In this document: one piece after another, positions 41,887-54,776 of the stretch | Numbering within the stretch: the first letter of the stretch is position 1 | Layout of the letters: every line of letters begins with the position of its first letter | NCBI GenBank assembly: GCA_964016885.1 | Contig: OZ024742.1 | Span: forward strand, 62,496,001-62,560,000 | Source of the DNA: Eledone cirrhosa | Lineage: Eukaryota | Length of the DNA stretch: 64,000 nt | Direction of reading: 5' to 3' | Position numbers and translations under genes: made by a program | The notes under the pieces: generated by a model | What the model saw: the letters and a program-made list of their open reading frames with translations, nothing else | Database searches by the model: none | What the model was told of the DNA's origin: nothing

Positions 41887-44800
41887 AGTTGCATTTATCT
41901 TGCTTTGTGTTCATACGAGTTATCACCAAGTCACAACCAGTGACCTCAAGAGACAACAAGGTCCGCCATGTTCAAGAAAGAACATACACACACATGCATC
42001 TTTAGGTGTTTAAACTTGTGATGTACTTATATGGACAGAATCTTCCTTAATATATGGGAAGTTCCCATTAGTACTATCTTTTGTATTTCTCCTATACGCG
42101 GCTTCCTGGGATTTGCGATAAGTAATCATTAGGCCCCTTAGGTATCATTCCTAGAGCGCCTACAACCACTGGTATTGTTTTAGTTCTCAATTTCCACATT
42201 TTTCCAATTTCTATCTCCAGGTCCTTATACTTGCTCAATTTTTCAAATGTTTTTATAGATACATTCTTGTCTATTGGAACGGACATATCAATTAGCAGGC
42301 ATACCCTCTTTTGAAAGTCCTTCAATATTATATCAGGTCTATTTGCATCTATTTTTCGGTCTGTTTGGATGCTAAAGTTCCACAAGATTGAGATGTGATC
42401 TTTTTCAAGTATGGGAGGTGGTTGATACTTCCACCAATTCTTTTGATGGGACAGGTGAAAATGCTTACACATTATCCAATGTATGTATTGTGCATCTCTG
42501 TCATGCCTGCTTAGGTATTCGGTTGGAGCTATGGGGCTGCACATTGAAATTATATGATTAATGGTCTCTGGTTGTTTTTTACATACACGGCATAATGGGT
42601 TGCATCCATTTTTTATTATGTTGGCTTGGTCATTTTTTTGTTGGCAGACACTGATCTTGTGCTGATATAATCTGTCTTTCAGTCTCCAATTTCAGTCCAG
42701 AGGATGCCAACCACTGATGGGTTAAAGTTTTGTCAACATCAGGATTGTTAGCTCTTTCTGGATATTTTCCATACAGAGGCTTTTCTTGCCATTTCTTAGC
42801 CAGTTTCTGTAGCAGTTCTTTCTTTGCAGTTGCTTTTACCTGCTTTGCTTTTTCTGTGTTTTCCATTTCAGCAGTAAATGGGACTTCTGAAATTTGTAGT
42901 CCGTTACTGTATCTTTGCGCATCTTTTGTAATGGAGTATGATCTTTTGATGCTTTCGTGTTTCAAAACGAGTTTGATCATCCAATCATGTGATTCCCTTA
43001 GATATGTAGATAATCCAATTGTTGCAGTTTTCAACGCAATATCTAACTGGATTAACCCACGTCCTCCTTCTTTCCTAGGGAGATATATTCTATCAGTATC
43101 TGCCTTAGGGTGATGCATTCTGTGCATGATTAAGAATTTTCTCTGTACTTGACCAGTTGATGACACTGTAACTGTAGGTTATTACTGGTATGGCAAGCGT
43201 GTTTATGGCATCGATCCTATTCCTTGCATTCAATTCCGTTCTTAAGATTGCTCTGACTCTTCGGTAACATTCCTTCCTTATCCTTTCCCTCATTGTCGAG
43301 TGCTTGATTCCGTCTCCTTCACAAACACCTAGATATTTGTAAGTTTTTTCTTGATCAAGTTCTCTTATCACATTCCCCCAATCAAGATTAATGTCTGAAC
43401 TTTTCTGCAACTTTCTTCTGGTGAACGTTGCTTTGGCGCATTTATCTAGTCCCAACTCCAATTTAATGTCATCACTGAACTGCTCCACAGTGGATAATAG
43501 CCCTTGCAATTGTTCATCATTTTTGCAAATAGTTTCAGGTCATCCATGTAGAAAAAGGGATTAACTATTCAAAAGGAGTGTCGTTTTCCATGTCTTCATA
43601 CTGAATGACAGGAACCTCCTGACAATGGGAAATATTTTGAAAATCTCTAAACATTTTTCAATCCAACTGTGTGGCAAGCTATCGAATGCTTTTTTATAAT
43701 CTATCCAAGCAATTGATAGATTTTTGTGTCTATTATGACAATCTTCCAGTATCATTTTGTTAACCAAAAGTTGATGCTTACAGCCTCGTTTACACCCTTT
43801 CTGCTCAATGGGAAATAGATCATTTGTTATCAGGTGGTCATATGTATATTCAGTTAGGTCTGATGTTAAAATTGTATACATTGTGGTCAAGCAAGTTATC
43901 GCTCTGTAATTCTTCGGAAGCAGGAATGTAATGCCGTTAACTAGCCATGATCGTATCTTTTCTGGCTCCTTAACTATTTCATTGTAAAGTTGGGCTAACA
44001 GCTCATGAGACTCTGTGAAGGCATTTATCCAAAAATTTGGTATTTTGTCTTTTCCTAGGGATTTCCATTTGCTGGTTTTTCTAAGAGCCAAACGCAACTG
44101 TTCAACCGTTATATTTTCCCATATTTGTTCCTCAAGGTGAACTGTATCTTTCATTTGTCTGTCTATCCATGGGGCATGTATATTATGAACTTTTTCTTCG
44201 GCCCAGATCTTTTACCAGAATTCTTGCACTTCCTCCTTGGGTGGTATTGATTTAGCAGTTATTGTTGACTTGCCAATTTTTCTGTAGAAGTTTCTTTGGT
44301 TGTTTTTGAACATATTGTCCTTATAGAATCTAGATCGTTTTTCAAAACGCCTTATACGAGCAGCTTTGGCCGACACTTTTTTCTTTATTATTTCTATCAG
44401 CATGTCTATGTCACTTGTTGATTTTATACTGTATTTTCTTTTCAATTTTCTAAGTTTAGTTTGTTTAACATGTTCACCTACTTTATAGTTTGTTAAAATT
44501 TCTATGTCAGATCGGAGAAGGTTTATTTGGCGATTGATGTTCTCTTGCCAAGTAGATTTCTTGTGGGAATTCCTTTGTTTTTTCATTTTCACTCCACATA
44601 TGTGAGTGGTGCCTTTAGCCGATGCATAATAGAGATGATTTAAATCAGTAATGTTTAGTTTGTTTGTGATGATAATGTTTTTGAGAATTATGTTAGTGTT
44701 GTGTATTATCTTTTGGTTCTGTTTGGAGTTCTGGATCTTAGGGAGAGTGTCTCGTTCCCCCATGTCAGATTCTTTCATTTTCATCCATTCGATCATAATT

Positions 44801-45600
44801 TCATCCTTCAAGTTGGCAAGTTCATTCTCATTCATTTCTTTATCATTTACGATCACATTGTTTTCATTTTGAACATGCACTCCCTCCACTTTTTCGATCC
44901 TTTCTTTAATTTGTTCTGTTGTCAGTGATTCCGCCCCAACCCTGGGATTCGAAGTGTTACAATTTACCTTGTTTTCACTGACACATGTTTCATTTACCCT
45001 TCGCTGACTTTGTGCTAACAGCTTGATCTGATCAATTTCTATATCTGTTAGTAATTTTTTTTAACAATATTTCTTCGTATATTGGCTAGTTTGTTACTGT
45101 CAATATAGCCTCTGTTTTCGGGATGTTTCTTTTCCAGTTGATATATGTCTGTTCTGTATTCGATCTATTTGATGGGTAGTACATAGCAGTGTTGAAAGAC
45201 TCAAGGACTTCTTTATTGTCTTCCCTTGGCCATTTTTCTCTCTTTTTCTTTGGATTTCTTGGTGGTGAGCATGGACGGCCAACAGTAGGAGTATTCCGGT
45301 TATGGGAGGTCTCCAGCTCCGAAGTGATGGGAAGGTTTGAACCATTAGCTGATTTTTCGACCCCAGTCTGGTTCCTCTCTGAGGGATGCGGCCCTTTTTG
45401 ACCTGGGTGAGGGCCGATCCGGTATGAGATTTTATCATTTGAAATTTACTTTATTTTGTCGCGTTTATCCTTAACCGCCAAGGGGTAATCATTTCGTGTT
45501 ACCACTTCTAAGACAAGTGTCAACCAAGACTAGAGGGGTCGTCCTCTCCTAGAGACACGGCTATTTCCCGCTGGCCGTCATCCCGGTATTTCTTGGTCAT
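41887..45600 (-). mobile_element. R4/Dong-like LINE family A, near full length, pseudogenised (frameshifts, RT deletion near 43555)
   Basis: ORF pieces 45438->42092: N-terminal region, RT, CCHC (CRVC..H...C) and RLE (RPDI..IDMS..K..KY); 3' end abuts (TAA)n. Confidence 0.9.
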
Positions 45601-45895
45601 GGGGTTTTCTTTTTTGATGTTTTTAAAATTGTTATTATCATGAGTGGTTCCTTAATGTGAGCATTGCGTGGCTTAAGAATGAAATTATCATTAATAATAT
45701 AATATACTTTTTGTTGAAGTTGCCTGTTATTGTTGTTGGCTATGTCGGTGGTGGTGCTGGGGCTTTTTCTATTGTTGGTGGGGAAGGGGGGAGCCAGCAG
45801 TGCCATAGTCGTTGACGTTTGACCGGGTCACTAAGTCAGTCTATTTATATCTTTTGCTAGCCTCTCCCTTGTCTAGTAATATTATTATTATTATT

Positions 45896-46355
45896 CTTTG
45901 AGTCTCAGTCATTGATGTTAGTTAATTGGAAAGTTTGTTGAAATGAATTTCAAGCCACTACCTGGAGCCTCAGATATTCAGGACGTATCGGAGGGTGTAT
46001 GCTGTTCCCAGCAAGCATGGCTTTTGAAGTGTTCCAAAAAACTGGGGCGGGCCAATTTTCTTTAACCATCCCTGGAAACCTTTTGAGATAGTACCTAGTG
46101 CGCCTATGACAATCGGAACCACTTTGACTTCATGGCAGTTCCAAATCCTTTTTACCTCCCACTTTAAGGCCTGGTATCGGTTAATTTTCTCCTTCTCCTT
46201 CTCTTGCACTCTCGTGTCGAATGAGCAGGCCACATCCACAATCAGGCACGATCTTTTTTTCCTTGTCCAAAACCACCAGGTCAGGTCTATTGTGTTCCAG
46301 TTTCTTGTCCGTCTGTATCTTAAAATCCCACAGCACATTCACCTGATCGTTTTCG

Positions 46356-46356
<1 letters not shown>
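45896..46356 (-). mobile_element. R4/Dong-like family B, short 3' fragment (RLE)
   Basis: [22 protein letters not shown]; (TAA)n tracts on both sides. Confidence 0.88.
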
Positions 46357-46398
<42 letters not shown>

Positions 46399-46399
<1 letters not shown>

Positions 46400-48706
46400 A
46401 GTTGCATTCATCTTGCTTTATGTTCATACGAGTTATCACCAAGTCACAACCAGTGACCTCAAGAGACAACAAGGTCCGCCATGTCCAAGAAAGAACATAC
46501 ATACTCACACATGCATCTTTAGTGTTTAGACTTGTGATGTACTTATATTGACAGAATCTTCCTTAGTATATGGGCAGTTCCCATTAGTACTATCTTTTGT
46601 ATTTCTCCTATACGCGGGTTTCCTGGGATTTGCGATAAGTAATCATTAGACCCCTTAGGTATCATTCCCAGAGCGCCTACGACCATTGGTATTGTTTTAG
46701 TTCTCAATTTCCACATTTTTCCAATTTCTATCTCCAGGTCCTTATACTTGCTCAATTTTTCAAATGTTTTTATAGATACATTCTTGTCTATTGTAACAGA
46801 CATATCAATTAGAAGGCATACCCTCTTTTGAAAGTCCTTCAATATTATATCAGGTCTATTTGCATCTATTTTTCGGTCTGTTTGGATGCTAAAGTTCCAC
46901 AAGATTGAGATGTGATCTTTTTCAAGTATGGGAGGTGGTTGATGCTCCCACCAATTCTTTTTATGGGGCAAGTCAAAATGCTTACACATTATCCAATGTA
47001 TGTATTGTGCAGCTCTGTCATGCCTGTTTAGGTATTCGGTTGGAGCTATAGGACTGCACATTGAAATTATATGGTCAATGGTCTCTGGTTGTTTTTTGCA
47101 TACACGGCATAATGGGCTGCATCCATTTTTTATTATGTTGGCTTGGTAATTTTTTGTTGGCAGACACTTATCTTGTGCTGATATAATCAGTCCTTCAGTC
47201 TCCGATTTCAGTCCAGAGGATGCCAACCATTGATGGGTTAAAGTTTTGTCAACATCAGGATTGTTAGCTCGCTCTGGGTATTTTCCATACAGAGGCTTTT
47301 CTTGCCATTTCTTAGCCAGTTTCTGTAGCAGTTCTTTCTTTGCAGTTACTTTTACCTGCTTTGCTTTTTCTGTGTTTTCCATTTCAGCAGTAAATGGGAC
47401 TTCTGAAATTTGTAGTCCATTACTGTATCTTTGTGCATCTTTTGTAATGGAATATGATCTTTTGATGCTTTCGTGTTTCAAAACGAGTTTGATCATCCAA
47501 TCATGTGATTCCCTTAGATATGTAGATAATCCAATTGTTGCAGTTTTCAACGCAATGTCTAACTGGATTAACCCACGTCCTCCTTCTTTCTTAGGGAGAT
47601 ATATTCTATCTATATCTGCCTTAGGGTGATGCATTCTGTGCATGGTTAAGAATTTTCGAATTTTTGTATCGAGCCTACGGATCTCTGTGCTTGACCAGTT
47701 GATGACATTGTAACTGTAGGTTACTACTGGTATGGCAAGCGTGTTTATGGCATCGATCCTATTCCTTGCATTCAATTCCGTTCTTAAGATTGCTCTGACT
47801 CTTCGGTAACATTCCTTCCTTATCCTTTCCCTCATTGTCGAGTGCTTGATTCCGTCTCCTTCACAAACACCTAGATATTTGTAAGTTTTTTCTTGATCAA
47901 ATTCTCTTATCACGTTCCCCCGATCAAGATTAATGTCTGAACTCTTCAGCAGCTTTCCTCTGGTGAACGTTTCTTTGGCGCATTTATCTAGTCCAAACTC
48001 CATTTTAATGTCATCACTGAACTGCTCCACAGTGGATAATAGCCCTTGCAATTGTTCATCATTTTTTGCAAATAGTTTCAGGTCATCCATGTAGAACAAG
48101 TGATTAATGGTTTTGTCGTAGACTTTATATCCATGTTTTGTTTCATTGAGCATTTTACTTAATGGTATAAGTGCGATGCAGAATAAAAGCGGTGATAAAG
48201 AGTCACCCTGAAAAATTCCACAATTAATATTAACTTCTCCAGCTTCCAGTGATTTTGTTTCACTATTCAAAAGGAGTGTCGTTTTCCATGTCTTCATACT
48301 GAATGACAAAAACCTCCTGACAACGGGGTATATTTTGAAAATCTCTAAACATTTTTCAATCCAACTGTGTGGCAAACTATCGAATGTTTTTTTATAATCT
48401 ATCCAAGCAATCGATAGATTTTTGTGTCTATTATGACAATCTTCCAGTATCATTTTGTTAACCAGAAGCTGATCCTTACAGCCATATGAGCCTCGTTTAC
48501 ACCCTTTCTGATCAATGGGAAATAGGTCATTTGTTATCAGGTGGTCATATGTGTATTCAGTTAGGACTGATGTTAAAATTTTATACAATGTGGTCAAGCA
48601 AGTTATCGGTCTGTAATTTTTGGGATTGTTTGTCTCATCATTCTTCGGAAGCAGGAATGTAATGCCGTTAACTAACCATGGTGGTATCTTTTCTGGCTCC
48701 TTAACT
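46399..48706 (-). mobile_element. R4/Dong-like family A, 5'-truncated, intact 684-aa RT-ZnF-RLE frame (46543..48597)
   Basis: Complete RT motifs, CRVCKKQPETIDHIISMC and RPD..D RLE. Confidence 0.93.
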
Positions 48707-48961
48707 GGTCAGGTCTATTGTGTTCCAGTTTCTTGTCCGTCTGTATCTTAAAATCCCACAGCACATTCTATTGGAACAGACATATCAATTAGCAGGCATA
48801 CCCTCTTTTGAAAGTCCTTCAATATTATATCAGGTCTATTTGCATCTATTTTTCGGTCTGTTTGGATGCTAAAGTTCCACAAGATTGAGATGTGATCTTT
48901 TTCAAGTATGGGAGGTGGTTGATGCTCCCACCAATTCTTTTGATGGGGCAGTTCAAAATGC

Positions 48962-48963
<2 letters not shown>
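48707..48963 (-). mobile_element. Chimeric junction: 62-nt copy of 46279-46340 (family B) + ~195-nt family A RLE piece
   Basis: Direct sequence identity. Confidence 0.8.
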
Positions 48964-48996
<33 letters not shown>

Positions 48997-49007
48997 GTTA
49001 TTGTTAT

Positions 49008-51127
49008 TCCTTGAATCTCAGTCATTGATGTTGGTTAACTGGAAAGTCCGTTGGATTGAATATCAAGCCACTACCTGCAGCCTCAGATATTCAGGACGTA
49101 TCGGAGGGTTCTTGCCGTTCCAAGCAAGCATGCCTTTTGAAGCGTTCCAAAAAGCGTGAAGGGGCCGATTTTCTTTAACCATCCCTGGAAACCTTTGGAG
49201 ATAGTCCCCAGTGCGCCTATGACAATCGGGATCACTTTGACTTCATGGCAGTTCCAAATCCTTTTCACCTCCCACTTTAGGTCCTGGTATCGGTTAATTT
49301 TCTCCCTCTCCTTCTCTTGCACTCTCGTGTCGAACGGGCAGGCCACATCCACAATCAGGCACGATCTTTTTTCTTTGTCCACAACCACCAGGTCAGGTCT
49401 ATTGTGTTCCAGTTTTTTGTCCGTCTGTATCCTAAAATCCCACAGCACCTTCACCTGACTGTTCTCCATCACCGCCTCTGGCCTATGCTCATACCATTTC
49501 TCAGAATGTGGTAGATTGTTTACTTTGCACAGGTGCCAGTGGATCACCCTGCCCATCACATCGTGTCTCCAGCCCTTATAGTGGGTCTGGGCTAGGTGTT
49601 TACACTCGGACACAATGTGAGCCACAGTCTCCTCTCTCTCTCCACAGATCCTGCACAGTGGGCTAGCCTCCTCCTTGTAGATATGGTGCTTCAACCACTT
49701 CGTTTTGAGGGCCTGCTCCTGCGCAGCCATTAGCATTCCTTCTGTAGCCTTTTTGAGGTCTCCTCTTCTCAACCAGTTCCATGTCTGTGGATCTCTAAAT
49801 TCAGTTTTCTCAAAGAAGGTACTATGAAGGGATTTTCCCTTAAGGCTGCTCTTCCTCCTTGATGTTATTTCCTCCTTGGGTATCCCCTGGCCTACTCTCC
49901 CCTCCTTCAGTACAGCTCTGAGCATTGGCTCCTTACTATAGGTCACGTATTTGTATAGGTTGTTTTTCTCCATCTGAACACAGTCCTCTATGCTGATAAG
50001 ACCTCTTCCACCCTCAGATCTCCTTAGGTAGAGTCTATCGACATCACTCCTCTTGTGGAACATGTTGTAGATAGTCAATAGCTTCCTAGTCTTCCTATCC
50101 ATTTCTTTTTGTTCAGCAACATTCCATCTCAGAATTCCCGCACTGTATCTAATAATAGACACAGCTCGGGAATTTACTGCGCTTATGGCATTTCTGCTGT
50201 TCAGATGTGACTTCAATACGCTCCTTACTCTCCGAATGTATTCAGTTCTTAACAATTCCTTCATTTTTTTGTTCTTTATGCCATCAGCCTCCAGAACGCC
50301 CAAATACTTGTATCCTTCCTCAGAGTCAATTTCCTTTATCATCTCACCTGTTGGTATCTGGATCCCGTTACTTCTGCTCAACCTACCCCTCCTCATCACA
50401 ATGACTCCACATTTACCAATACCAAACTGCATACATATATCACTGCTGAAAATACGGACAGTGTCAACAAGCACATCCAACTCCTTCTCACTTTTCCCGA
50501 AGAGCTTAAGATCGTCCATGAAGAGGAGGTGATTGATGGTAAGCTCTCCCCTTCCCAACTTGTATCCTGCTCTCACTTTTCGCAGCATAATGGTCAAGGG
50601 CATCAGGGCAAGGACAAACAACAGAGGGGACAGGCTATCTCCCTGGAAGATACCTCTCTTGATCTTCACGCTTCCCAAGGATACTCCAGTTGATGTCAAC
50701 TCTGTCTCCCAGGACCCCATACTCCTGCCCAGCAACTCTCTGATGTTATCTGCCACCCTGAAGATCTCCAGGCTTTTGGTGATCCAGGAATGAGGCACCA
50801 TGTCAAATGCCTTTCTGTAGTCTATCCATCCCATGGCAAGATCAGTGTGTCTCCTCCTGCAATTCCCCATTACCATCTTATCAATAAGCAACTGGTCCTT
50901 TGTACCACGTGACTTCTTTCGGCATCCTTTCTGTTCGTCCGGCAACAAGTTGTTTGTGTGGAGGTGATGGTAGATTTCCTCAGACACAATGCTCGTCAAC
51001 AGTTTCCACATTACGGGCAGACATGTGATAGGTCTATAGTTGGTAACATCATTACCCTTGATTCGGTCTTTCATTATCAGAACTGTGGTACCTTTTGTCA
51101 ACCACTCTGGCACCTCACCCGACACCA
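49008..51127 (-). mobile_element. R4/Dong-like family B, 5'-truncated, intact 681-aa RT-ZnF-RLE frame
   Basis: [52 protein letters not shown]; (TAA)n at both ends. Confidence 0.93.
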
Positions 51128-51178
<51 letters not shown>

Positions 51179-54100
51179 GGCGACCTACGTAGTAAATCGT
51201 ATCATCGTGAGCTCCGCTAAGGTTTGTTATTTTCACTTGTTTAAAATTGCCATTCATGGAAAAATTTTATTGTTAACTGTATATAAGTGCACATACATTG
51301 TTATCTGAAAAGGTCACCCAAAAAGATTGGGGCCTTGAGCCCAAAATTTAAACTTTTATAATTATCAAACAAAAATTTTCCTTTGGAAAATCATGGCTGA
51401 CTCAGAGCCACTCCTTTCTCACAAACTAACACCTTACACCGACACCACCATTGTAAATATTACTACGTTTGCCAACACTAAAAATATAAGCAGTAGCAAT
51501 ATTTTAAATTTGTCTCAGGCAGACATTCATTTCCCGCCATTACCAATGACTGCAGGTGTTAAAGCCGCCACCACCACCACCACCGCGACAACCACCACCC
51601 CCACCACCACCGCGACAACAGCAACAAAAGAAAAAAATAAATTAACTCGTGATATCGAAATGAATTCAACCAAAATGATCTCTTCCACACCGAACACCAA
51701 TGACGCCACCACCACCACAACTGAAACTAAAATTAATAATAACAAAAATAACGATAACAACAACAGCAACAATGACATTAAAAAAACCACCCTGAGTTTT
51801 GCCAGAGTAGCAAAACAGTGCGAAGCATTTCAGGTAACTCAGGAGGAATTAGAAGTAGCCAAAAAAATGGTAAAGAAAGATAGGTACAGGGTCAGCCTCA
51901 CCCACCTAATAAAATGGAGCATCGGCGCCTATGCACCGTGTCTCATCGAACAATTAATAGAAAATCGCGCCGACTGGAACGGGCATCCGAGTCCCAAATC
52001 CAAAAAACTTTGGGACATGTGTGGGCAAAAAAACCCACATCAGACGTGGGCAGAAATATGGAACCGTCGACGGGTCCTTTGAAACACCAGAGGAGGCTAG
52101 AGAACACTCCATGGCCCCATTAAGAAGTGATGACTTCACACTCGTCCCAAGCTATTGTGCCAGAGACTCGTAAAGATCAGGGTCACCCACGTTCCACCGG
52201 CCATCGAAATTCCATGGCTAATAGCTGCCGTCCTCGCCGGCATTGAAGCTAACACCAAGATAATCGAAATAGCGAAAGAAAAGCAGGAGAACTGGTCCGG
52301 ATCTGGGATGGAGCTCCTGATCCAAGCGGACTAAAAAAGCATTGAGGATATCCCAGCGGGTAATAGACCTCACTGACGGCAGCCACCTCACCATAATCGT
52401 CGAGGGCAGAAGGCCTAGGTGTGTCGTTTGTGGTGAAAGAACCCACCTGAGGCCTTTCTGCCCTCAGGCTAAAAGGTTGAGGCCACCTCTCCTACCCACC
52501 CCAGTGACTCAACCATCAACACCACCAGCAGCAGAGATAGCAGCAACAACTGTAGCAGCAACAACAGAAGCAACTGTAACAGCAACAACCCCAGCAACAG
52601 TAGCAAAACTAGCACCACCACCACCCAACGCGCCAGAACTAGCACCAGCGCCTACACCATCCACCACGCCACAACCAAAACGAACACCTGTGGAGCAAAG
52701 AGGTTGGCGCTTGTCGTTGGTGGTCTGGTGGGAGAGGCGCAGACGTGCGCCATTCCCGACAGATCCATCCACGACAACCTCCACCTCATGCGATACATCG
52801 TAGAGAGGCTCGCTAGGGAACCTGGCATGGGTGGGTCCATGATCAATTTAGATCAGTCGAAAGATTTCGATAGGGTCGACCATCGTTACCTAGCGGCACT
52901 CCTGAGGGCGGCTGGCTTTGGGCCCGTCTTCAGAGGCTGGATCGCTGCCATGCACAGCGACATCTGCTCTGTGGTGAGAGTGAACGATCACCTTTCGGAA
53001 CCGTTCAACATCATGCGCTCTGTCCGCCAAGGTTGTCCCTCTCGTCCCCCTTGTACGTATTGACTCTCGAGCCATTACTGCAGAAACTGGAGACGTTGAG
53101 GAGGGTCCCGCGCGAACTAGGATGCGGAAGATCCGTGTCAGCATATGCGGACGATGTCACCGTAGTGGTGTCGAACGCCAAACACATCGAGGCGATCGGC
53201 ACTATACTAAGAGAATATGAAGCGGTGACAGGAGCAATGATCAACCAGGAAAAGTCAGTGGGCCTGCAGCTCGGCACCTGGAGAGGCAGGTCCATGCCGT
53301 CCAACAGCGTCGTCGGGCGCTGGACGGACCGGTTAAATTGCTAGTGGTCTGGTTCGGTCCGGACCTCCAGACTGACAAAACTGGGACGAGGTGACGAGCA
53401 TGGTGGTTTCTCTCACCCAGAAATGGGCGGAGAGGAAGCTATCGCTGAAAGGTCGAGCGGAGGTGGCTAACGCGTACATCGCGTCCGTCATCTACTACCG
53501 CCTGACCCTCGTACCTTGTCCTAAGCCCCGCCTGACTGCGCTGGAGCGTTTGCTCTTTCGCTTTTTGTGGGAGGGACGCGCTCCGATGGTCGGGCGGTCC
53601 ATCTGCTGTCAACACCCGCTACGTGGAGGGCTGGGCATGCCGTGGCTGATGATGCGCAGACACGCGCTCAGGCTACGACATCTCCACCTCTTCCTCGACG
53701 GTGATCAGGTGTGGTCGGCATTTGCTAGACACCTCTTTCCCCAGCTCGTCTCCTTGACGGAGCTGCAGTCCTGGGTCAAGCGAAGACCGAGAGGGAGCGC
53801 TTGGAAACTGGAATGTCTTCAGGCGCTCGCAGCCCTCGACCCAATCGGGCAATGTGATCGGTGGAAATTCCACCTTGGCGTTCTATAGAGGATTAGTGGA
53901 GGGGAAGAGCGACGACGTACTTGGAGAATCTCTAGGCGTCGACGAAAATCAACTAGCCAATCTCTTCGGAAGGACTTTCGGGCCGGGGCTTATGGACAAC
54001 TTCCAGAAATCCCTGGCCTGGCAGTGCTACCGAGGAGCTTTGCCAGTTCGGGATAAACTCTAGAGGCATGGAGGTGCCGTCAGCCGGGAATGTCCGAGAT

Positions 54101-54759
54101 GCGTGCAGGGCGACGAAACCGTCCTGCACGCACTCGTCCAGTGTCCGAGCATTGCTGACTTGTGGGTTTATGTCGAACACCTGCTGTCACGTGTAGGACG
54201 GATCCAGCTATCAGCTGAGTCCATTGTGAGGATTGCCCCGCCCTCTTCCTTTAGCCGAGAAGGGCAGGCAGTTTTTATCTGTCTGGTGGTCATGGCGAAA
54301 GAGATAGTATGGTGGACACGTTTGAAAGGGCTGAAGACGAACTGAAGGGCATCATCTTCGGTGATGCCCTGATTAACTTTTTCAAATTTCATTTGAAAAG
54401 GAAAATCAGGGTACAGAGGGAAGTGCTCTCTTCCCAGCATTTTGTTGAAAGATGGGTGAGAGAAGCAAGTATGACCCGAGTGAATGGGCCTACTCTGAGT
54501 ATGTGTCCGTAAATTAAAGGTGGAAAACTGGGAGAGGGCACTTGCCCTGGTGGTCAGGGTCACTGTGGCCTTTTAATGGGCTTTCTCCACAAATATCCCT
54601 CGGAAGTCTCCCCCCTATTGGGGAATTTTTCATTGTCATTTTTTATTACATCCTCTGTTTTTTTTACACGCAGAAATGCCCATTTGTACCGTCCTGTATT
54701 GTCCTGTACTGTCCTTAATGTCTACTTTATGTAAACCCTTGTGGTTAATAAAGAAAGCA
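51179..54759 (+). mobile_element. Tx1/L1-like LINE copy 1, both termini present, large internal deletion at ~52690 (ORF1 joined to RT)
   Basis: 5' GGCGACCTACGTAG; ORF1 CCHC knuckle CVVCGERTHLRPFC; RT DQSKDFDRVDH, VRQGCP, AYADD; C-terminal CPRC..ETVLHALVQC; AATAAA then (TTA)n. Confidence 0.9.
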
Positions 54760-54776
54760 TTATTATTATTATTATT

